From: Candidatus Binatia bacterium
GTDB lineage: Bacteria > Acidobacteriota > Terriglobia > Terriglobales > Acidobacteriaceae
Reading direction: 5' to 3'
Assembly (NCBI GenBank): GCA_035638375.1
Contig: DASRAA010000069.1
Location: forward strand, 19,818 to 83,817
DNA: 64,000 nucleotides
The position numbers were made by a program, and so were the translations under genes. The notes beneath the pieces were generated by a model. The model searched no databases, was not told the origin of the DNA, and saw nothing but the letters and a program-made list of their open reading frames with translations. Positions 58,355 through 64,000 of this stretch are shown piece by piece (within the stretch, counting starts at the first letter, position 1; each line of letters starts with the position of its first letter).

Positions 58355-59649
58355 AAACCGCTACCCGAACGCTCCTCATCAGCGGAGGTCGTGTTATTGA
58401 TCCCTCCAGCGGAATCGATCGCGCGATGGACGTCCTCCTGCGCGATCGGCGAGTTGCCGAGCTTGTTGCGCCGGGCGTGCATGAAACGTCTGCCGGTGAG
58501 ACACTGGATGCCAAGGGTCTCATCGTTGCGCCCGGTTTCATCGACTTGCACGTGCATCTGCGCGAACCTGGACAGACCCACAAAGAGACGATCGCAACCG
58601 GAACCGCCGCCGCTGCCGCCGGCGGATTTACATCCGTTTGCGCCATGCCTAATACTTCCCCGATAAACGATTCGGTCGAGATTACCCGCTGGATGCAGGC
58701 TTCCGAGCGAGGGGCTGTGGTGCGCTTGTTCCCGATCGCCGCCGCCAGTGTCGGAAGCATGAGCGAGAAGCTTACCGATTTTGCTGCTCTTCAAAACGCA
58801 GGAGCAGTAGCTGTGAGCGACGACGGCAAGCCGATCCTCGGTGACCAGATCATGCACGACGTGCTGCGTCTGGGAGCGCGTCTGAACCTGCCTGTCGTGC
58901 AGCACGCAGAAGATTCTCACCGCACTGGCGGATGCTCGATGAACCTGGGGCCGACTTCATTTCGCCTTGGTTTGCGGGGCATGTCAAATGCTGCCGAGTC
59001 GGACATCGTCAAACGTGATATCGCTCTTGCCCAGCAGACGGGCGCGCATATTCACGTGGCTCACATCTCCACCAGCGAAGCGATGGAGGCCGTTCGCCAA
59101 GCCAAGAAGGCGGGAATTCGCGCCACTGCCGAGGTTACACCGCACCACTTTACCCTCATCGATGAGAACGTGGGAGGATTCGACACGCATTACAAGATGA
59201 ACCCGCCACTGCGATCTTCGGCCGATCGCAAGGCAATGATTGCCGGCATCGAGGACGGCACCATCGACGCCATTGCCACCGATCACGCGCCCCATGCTTT
59301 CCACGAAAAGCAGGTCGAGTTCGAGCGCGCATCGATGGGCATTATCGGACTAGAGACCGCGCTTCCGATTGCGCTGACGGTTCTGCATCACCACTTCAGA
59401 CTTCCTCTGTGGCGGATCGTCGAGCTGCTGTCGTCCGGGCCTGCGCGAGTGTTCGGGCTGCAGGATCTGGGGACTCTAGCGCCCGGGGCGCATGCCGACG
59501 TCACCATCTTCGACCCCAATAAGAAGTGCACCTATCTTGCGGCGAACTCGCGCTCCAAGTCACGTAATACGCCCTACGACGGATGGAGCTTTACCGGAAA
59601 GGTGATGGCAACCATCGTTGCCGGGCAGGTGGTTTACCGCGGCGACTAA
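58351..59649 (+). CDS. pyrC: dihydroorotase (multifunctional-complex type)
   Basis: GFIDLHVHLREPG (HxH) and DHAPH. The ATG at 58351 overlaps the pyrB stop (ATGA); the ORF-track start at 58276 lies inside pyrB. Confidence 0.95.
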   Translation: MKTATRTLLISGGRVIDPSSGIDRAMDVLLRDRRVAELVAPGVHETSAGETLDAKGLIVAPGFIDLHVHLREPGQTHKETIATGTAAAAAGGFTSVCAMPNTSPINDSVEITRWMQASERGAVVRLFPIAAASVGSMSEKLTDFAALQNAGAVAVSDDGKPILGDQIMHDVLRLGARLNLPVVQHAEDSHRTGGCSMNLGPTSFRLGLRGMSNAAESDIVKRDIALAQQTGAHIHVAHISTSEAMEAVRQAKKAGIRATAEVTPHHFTLIDENVGGFDTHYKMNPPLRSSADRKAMIAGIEDGTIDAIATDHAPHAFHEKQVEFERASMGIIGLETALPIALTVLHHHFRLPLWRIVELLSSGPARVFGLQDLGTLAPGAHADVTIFDPNKKCTYLAANSRSKSRNTPYDGWSFTGKVMATIVAGQVVYRGD

Positions 59650-59740
59650 CAGCCCAATTGCAGCGGTATCCCCGGCAATTGCGGTACGATAAGCCATCGC
59701 TCGCGATTTCTCTCCTCAGGAAGCGCCGCGAGGATTCGGC

Positions 59741-60916
59741 ATGAAAGACTTCTACATTTGCGACTGCAATAGGCACGAGAACCAGACGATTACGTCGAAT
59801 TTTGTGGTCGCCAGCAAGCACATCAAGAACAAGAAGAACGGCGAATTCTATCTGGCGCTCATCCTGGCTGACCGCAGTGGCCAACTGCAGGCCAACATGT
59901 GGGACAACGTGCTCGATTTCCTGCACGCCTTCGAGCAGGACGACTTCATCAAGGTGAAGGGCCTGGTGCAGAAGTACAACGGCCGCTGGCAGCTCACGAT
60001 CCATAAGCTTCGTAAGCTGGGTGAACACGAAATCGATTACGCCGACTACCTGCCGAAAACGTCCAAAGACATTGACCAGCTCTGGCGAAGGCTGGCGGAG
60101 TTCGTGACCAGCTTTCAGAACCCCTGGCTTAAACAGCTGCTTCAGGACTTTATGTCTGACGAAGACATTGCCACTGCCTACAAGAACGCACCGGCGGCGA
60201 AGACGCTGCACCACGCGTACATTGGCGGGCTGCTCGATCACGTGGTGTCGCTGTTTACCCTGTGCGATCTTGCCGCGCGCAATTATCCGCAGATCAATCG
60301 CGACCTCCTGCTGACAGGAGCGTTTCTGCACGACATCGGCAAGATCGATGAGCTGACCTATCAGCGCTCCATCTCTTACACGACCTCAGGGCAATTGCTG
60401 GGGCACATGATTATTGAGCTCGAGATGCTGCACGAGAAGCTGGCGCGTATTCCCGGTTTTCCGGCGGAGCTGAAGATGCTGATCGAGCACCTCATCATCA
60501 GCCATCACGGCCAGTACGAATTCGGCTCACCCAAGTTACCCATGTTTCCTGAGGCGCTCATGCTGCATTACCTCGATGACTTGGATTCCAAAATGGAGAG
60601 CATGCGTGCCCAATTCGAGCGTGATGCTGATTTCGATTCGGCATGGACCGGTTACAATTCTTCGCTGGCACGACCGTTGCTGAACACTCAAAAGTTCCTT
60701 GAGAAGAAGCTCAAGAAGTCGGATGCGACGCCTGCTCAACCTTCGCCCTCAGAGGAAACAGTGGCGACGGAAGCACAGCCTGAAGCGACTCCGGTTGTGG
60801 AGGTAAATTCGGCTGCTTCGACTGAGCCGGCGAGCACCGCAGTTTCAGCGCTCGATGCGCTGCAGAAGAAGTTCGCATCCCACAAGCCAACGCCAGTAGG
60901 AGCTAAGACGGACTAG
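59741..60916 (+). CDS. OB-fold + HD-domain phosphohydrolase (YhaM-like 3'-5' exoribonuclease family)
   Basis: N-terminal OB fold (FVVASKHIKNKKNGEFYLALILADRSGQLQANMW), HD motifs (HHAYIGGLLDH and FLHDIGK) and a low-complexity C-terminal tail. Confidence 0.8.
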   Translation: MKDFYICDCNRHENQTITSNFVVASKHIKNKKNGEFYLALILADRSGQLQANMWDNVLDFLHAFEQDDFIKVKGLVQKYNGRWQLTIHKLRKLGEHEIDYADYLPKTSKDIDQLWRRLAEFVTSFQNPWLKQLLQDFMSDEDIATAYKNAPAAKTLHHAYIGGLLDHVVSLFTLCDLAARNYPQINRDLLLTGAFLHDIGKIDELTYQRSISYTTSGQLLGHMIIELEMLHEKLARIPGFPAELKMLIEHLIISHHGQYEFGSPKLPMFPEALMLHYLDDLDSKMESMRAQFERDADFDSAWTGYNSSLARPLLNTQKFLEKKLKKSDATPAQPSPSEETVATEAQPEATPVVEVNSAASTEPASTAVSALDALQKKFASHKPTPVGAKTD

Positions 60917-60939
60917 CTTAGTCGGATGCAGATCGCTTT

Positions 60940-61632
60940 ATGCTCGATTTATCCCGCTTTGAGTGCCTGTCGTTCGACTGCTACGGGACCCTGATCGACT
61001 GGGAGTCCGGCATTCTGGGATATCTCCGCCCATTACTGAAAGGCAAAGGCCTCAACGTTGCCGACGACGAAATCCTGAACTTGTACTCCGAGTTTGAGCC
61101 ACAGCGGCAGCGGCCCTACCAGCGCTATCGGAATGTGCTAGCCGCGGTAGTGCGCGACTTTGGCGCACATTATGCTGTTGCCGTTACCGAGCAGGAGGCG
61201 AACGGCCTCGCCGAATCAATCCGCAGCTGGGAACCCTTTGCTGATACCGTGCCTGCGTTGAAGAAACTGAAGACACGGTGTAAGCTCGCGGTGCTGTCGA
61301 ACATCGACGATGACCTGTTCGCATTCACTGCGCCTAAGCTGGGCGTCGAACTCGACACCCTCGTGACGGCGCAGCAAGTCGAGAGTTATAAGCCGTCGCT
61401 GTCGAACTTCGGAACCCTGCTGGCGCGCTTGCCTATATCCAAGGAAAGACTCCTGCACGTTGCCGAAAGCTTGTACCACGATGTGGTACCTGCGCAGTCG
61501 CTCGGCATCGCGACGGTGTGGGTGAATCGGCGGCAGGGGAAGCAGGCGGCCGCGACCAAGTTGATAAGGGCCAAGGCGGATCTCGAAGTGCCTACCGTCG
61601 GAGCGTTGGCCGAAGTGATGGCTGCCGGATAG
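60940..61632 (+). CDS. HAD-superfamily hydrolase (haloacid dehalogenase type II-like)
   Basis: Motif I FDCYGTLID, motif II LSN and a C-terminal YHD. Confidence 0.85.
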   Translation: MLDLSRFECLSFDCYGTLIDWESGILGYLRPLLKGKGLNVADDEILNLYSEFEPQRQRPYQRYRNVLAAVVRDFGAHYAVAVTEQEANGLAESIRSWEPFADTVPALKKLKTRCKLAVLSNIDDDLFAFTAPKLGVELDTLVTAQQVESYKPSLSNFGTLLARLPISKERLLHVAESLYHDVVPAQSLGIATVWVNRRQGKQAAATKLIRAKADLEVPTVGALAEVMAAG

Positions 61633-61788
61633 GAAAACTGATGGACTCGTCGAATTGCGTGATGTGGTCGGCGAGTGCCTGGGGCTGGGTCTCGCCTCGG
61701 TAAATTGGCGACTCGCCTCTGTGGGCTCGCGCCCGCGGCTAAAATGTGCCCTTCGGACTGATGACCTTCGCAAATGAGCCGCATCTGT

Positions 61789-61921
61789 CCCACCCTATCG
61801 CCCAAGGCTGGCGATAAGAGTGGGCCACCGAGCGGCAGGACTCCGTGCGCTATATCGGGGCTGAAGCCGGGTGAGAGCAGCGAAAAACTGCGCTGGCGAG
61901 AGCCGTGCAGTCCATCGGTGG
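61789..61921 (+). other. strongly structured GC-rich segment of unknown nature in the gene-free spacer upstream of rpe
   Basis: A hairpin CCCAC-cc-TATCGCC / GGCGATA-aga-GTGGG spans 61789-61824. A long-range pairing joins CCACCGA (61825-61831) to TCGGTGG (61915-61921) and encloses CAGCG-aaaaactg-CGCTG (61878-61895). No conserved motif of a known RNA family was recognised. Confidence 0.3.
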
Positions 61922-62025
61922 TAGCCCGGCCTGAGATGAGCTTTCGGCTGGGAGTTTGCCGGCTGGGGCACTGAATCGGGGCAGATGCTAGAATTGCCTC
62001 TGAACCGCGCCGGGAGTAGTGCATT

Positions 62026-62700
62026 TTGATCGAGATAGCGCCGTCCATCCTGTCGGCTGATTTTGCGCATCTGGCCGATGCGGCCAATGCCGCTATTCAG
62101 GGCGGGGCGAGACTGCTGCACGTGGACGTTATGGATGGGCATTTTGTGCCCAACATCACAATCGGACCCCCGGTCGTAGCGTCACTGCGAAAGGCCGTGG
62201 AGGTCCCGCTCGACTGCCACCTGATGATCGAGAATGCCGACCAGTACATTCCGGCGTTTGCCGAGGCGGGAGCCAACTGGATCTCGGTCCACCAGGAAGC
62301 ATGCATTCATCTGAACAGAACTCTGGATTTGATTCGGTCGCACGGCTGCCAGCCGGGGGTGGTGTTGAACCCGGCGACTCCGGTGCAGACGCTGGGCGAG
62401 GTGCTCGATATGGTCGATCACGTGCTCATCATGTCGGTAAACCCGGGTTTTGGAGGACAGAAATTCATCCCCAGCACCCTGGAAAAAGTCCGCAAGCTGG
62501 CGACTATGCGGACGGCCAAGGGTTTGAATTTCCGGATAGAAATTGATGGGGGCATTGACCTGGAGACGATTGGTTCGGCGGTCAAAGCCGGGGTGGAAAT
62601 CTTCGTGGCCGGCAGTGCGGTGTTCGCGCACGGGGATCCGGCCGTGAACGTAGAAAATCTGCTGAAGGCGGCCCACGACGCCACGCTCGTGCAGGCATAG
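62026..62700 (+). CDS. rpe: ribulose-phosphate 3-epimerase
   Basis: IAPSILSADFAHL, HVDVMDGHFVPN and MSVNPGFGGQ. The start codon is TTG. Confidence 0.96.
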   Translation: MIEIAPSILSADFAHLADAANAAIQGGARLLHVDVMDGHFVPNITIGPPVVASLRKAVEVPLDCHLMIENADQYIPAFAEAGANWISVHQEACIHLNRTLDLIRSHGCQPGVVLNPATPVQTLGEVLDMVDHVLIMSVNPGFGGQKFIPSTLEKVRKLATMRTAKGLNFRIEIDGGIDLETIGSAVKAGVEIFVAGSAVFAHGDPAVNVENLLKAAHDATLVQA

Positions 62701-62809
62701 TTCGTCAGCTCCAAAGTAATCGGGATGAGTTTTTGAGGCAAAGCAGGTGGCTCACAGGCAGAAACCAAGGTCCTTCGGCGGCTCAAGCCAGGAGCTTGAA
62801 GCGCGCTGC

Positions 62810-62829
62810 GGCACGGCTGAAGCCGTGCC
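62810..62829 (+). terminator. GC-rich hairpin downstream of rpe (family A-like)
   Basis: GGCACGGC-TGAA-GCCGTGCC forms a perfect 8-bp stem and is followed by CTTTCAAAG (weak T-tract). It lies 110 nt after the rpe stop. Confidence 0.4.
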
Positions 62830-62878
62830 CTTTCAAAGCTGAATATTCGGCAATTATGCAAGCTCAAAGGTGGTAGGG

Positions 62879-64000
62879 ATGTTTCGTCGCGCACTTTTAT
62901 TGGGGTTGATGGCAAGCGCCGTCCTCTTCGCGGGTTGCAGCAACAAGAAAGTCAACAATCCAATCGCAGACGTCAATTCCAAACAGCCCGACAAGGTGCT
63001 TTACGACCGGGCCATGGACGCCATGAAGCACAACAAATTCGACGTGGCGCGCCTGAGCCTGCAGACCCTCATCAATACCTATCCCGATTCGGAATACGTG
63101 GCGCGGGCCAAGCTGGCGATCGGCGACTCATGGTATGCCGAAGGCGGCTCGGCGGCCATGGCGCAGGCGGAGAGCGAATATAAGGACTTCATCACCTTCT
63201 TCCCCAACATGACCGAAGCGAGCGAAGCGCAGATGAAGATTGCCAACATCCATTACAACGAGATGGAGAAGGCGGACCGCGACTTCACGCACGCCAAGCG
63301 CGCGGAGGAAGAGTACCGGCAGTTAATCATGCAGTTCCCCGACAGCCCGCTGGTGCCGGAGGCTAAGAAGAAACTGCTGGCGGTGCAGGAAGTGCTGGCG
63401 GAACGGGAGTTCATGATCGCGCACTTCTATTACCTCAGGGAGACATGGCCGGCGGCGATCGCGCGTTTTCAGTCGCTGGTGGATACGTACCCGCTTTTCA
63501 GCGGTGCCGATGAAGCGCTGTATGAGATGGGCAACTGCTATGAGAGACAGGCAGACCTGCTGCGTAAATCGAAAATCAGCGAAGCCGCCAAGGCGGGACT
63601 GATCAAGCAATACCAAGACAAGGCGGCGGCAGCGTACGACCAGATCCTGACGCGCTATCCGGAAGAGGACCGGGTTGACGATGCCCGCAAGAAACTACAA
63701 GCCATGGGACGGCCGATCCCAAAGGCCACGCCAGAACAGATCGCGCAGAACAAGAAGGAGCAGGAGAGTCGAGGATCTCTTGGCAGCTACAGCAGGCTGA
63801 TGCTGAACTTCAAGAAGGGACCTGATGTCTCGCAAGCAGCTACCACTGGAGAGCCGACGCTGGTGGATCCGAAGCAGGCCAGCGCGCCTGAGATCGTACG
63901 CTCGGCCACGGCCAGTGTGGTGAGCGCGTTGAATGCCGCTACAGGGGCGGCGACGACTGGCACCGGCACGGCTCCGGCGACTAATACTGAAGTGCCTGCT
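62879..64000 (+). CDS. bamD: outer membrane protein assembly factor BamD (3' end beyond window)
   Basis: The frame is open from ATG 62879 to the window end (374 codons), so it is absent from the ORF track. It has a lipobox (AVLFAGC) and TPR-like BamD segments (YDRAMDAMKHNKFDVARLSLQTLINTYPDSEYVARAKLAIGDSWY and EYRQLIMQFPDSPLVPEAKKKL). Confidence 0.85.
   Translation, partial: MFRRALLLGLMASAVLFAGCSNKKVNNPIADVNSKQPDKVLYDRAMDAMKHNKFDVARLSLQTLINTYPDSEYVARAKLAIGDSWYAEGGSAAMAQAESEYKDFITFFPNMTEASEAQMKIANIHYNEMEKADRDFTHAKRAEEEYRQLIMQFPDSPLVPEAKKKLLAVQEVLAEREFMIAHFYYLRETWPAAIARFQSLVDTYPLFSGADEALYEMGNCYERQADLLRKSKISEAAKAGLIKQYQDKAAAAYDQILTRYPEEDRVDDARKKLQAMGRPIPKATPEQIAQNKKEQESRGSLGSYSRLMLNFKKGPDVSQAATTGEPTLVDPKQASAPEIVRSATASVVSALNAATGAATTGTGTAPATNTEVPA

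Noticed and set aside
61640-62025. RNase P RNA, tmRNA, SRP RNA, or a cobalamin or TPP riboswitch
   Set aside because: No conserved blocks of these families were found on either strand. There is no GGAAAGUCCGGGC, no tRNA-like GGUUCGAxUCC...CCACCA 3' end or tag ORF, no GGAAGCAGCC SRP loop, no GCCACUG B12 box and no ACCUGAUCUGG TPP core. One stretch, GGGGCTGAAGCCGGGTGAGA, only superficially resembles the cobalamin core.

Overview
This is a high-GC, densely coding segment of core chromosome. Gene content and repeat content fit best with an Acidobacteriota (Terriglobia-like) genome; that assignment is inference and was not checked against any database. About 55 genes are supported.

Gene content, in window order:
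- A respiratory supercluster on the minus strand: Alternative Complex III (actABCDEF plus one extra coupled membrane gene), then SCO1, then a caa3-type oxidase (ctaC-ctaD-ctaE).
- acpS, cspA, selA next to a DUF488 gene, and recG.
- A four-gene ECF-sigma envelope operon, followed by a CarboxypepD-type TonB-dependent receptor.
- The conserved block ispE / tRNA-Gln / prs / rplY / pth / rpsF / rpsR / rplI.
- ruvB, purN, gyrA, selB, a TonB-like protein, miaA, a GH3 hydrolase, pyrR-pyrB-pyrC, rpe, and a 3'-truncated bamD.

I found no CRISPR array, transposase, integrase, prophage or recognisable defence island, so I cannot point to a discrete novel protein system.

The unusual signal is in the non-coding DNA:
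1. Short period-7 tandem heptamer arrays occur in most spacers. Several supply stop codons and C-terminal residues of genes.
2. At least four dispersed palindromic repeat families are present. One of them (family C) sits in frame inside selA as a tandem pair, and probably also inside the DUF488 gene and ispE.
3. Repeat nests and repeat insertions lie inside operons.
4. Two long gene-free spacers contain strong predicted RNA structure.

All calls rest on reading the sequence and the supplied ORF track. No homology search was run.
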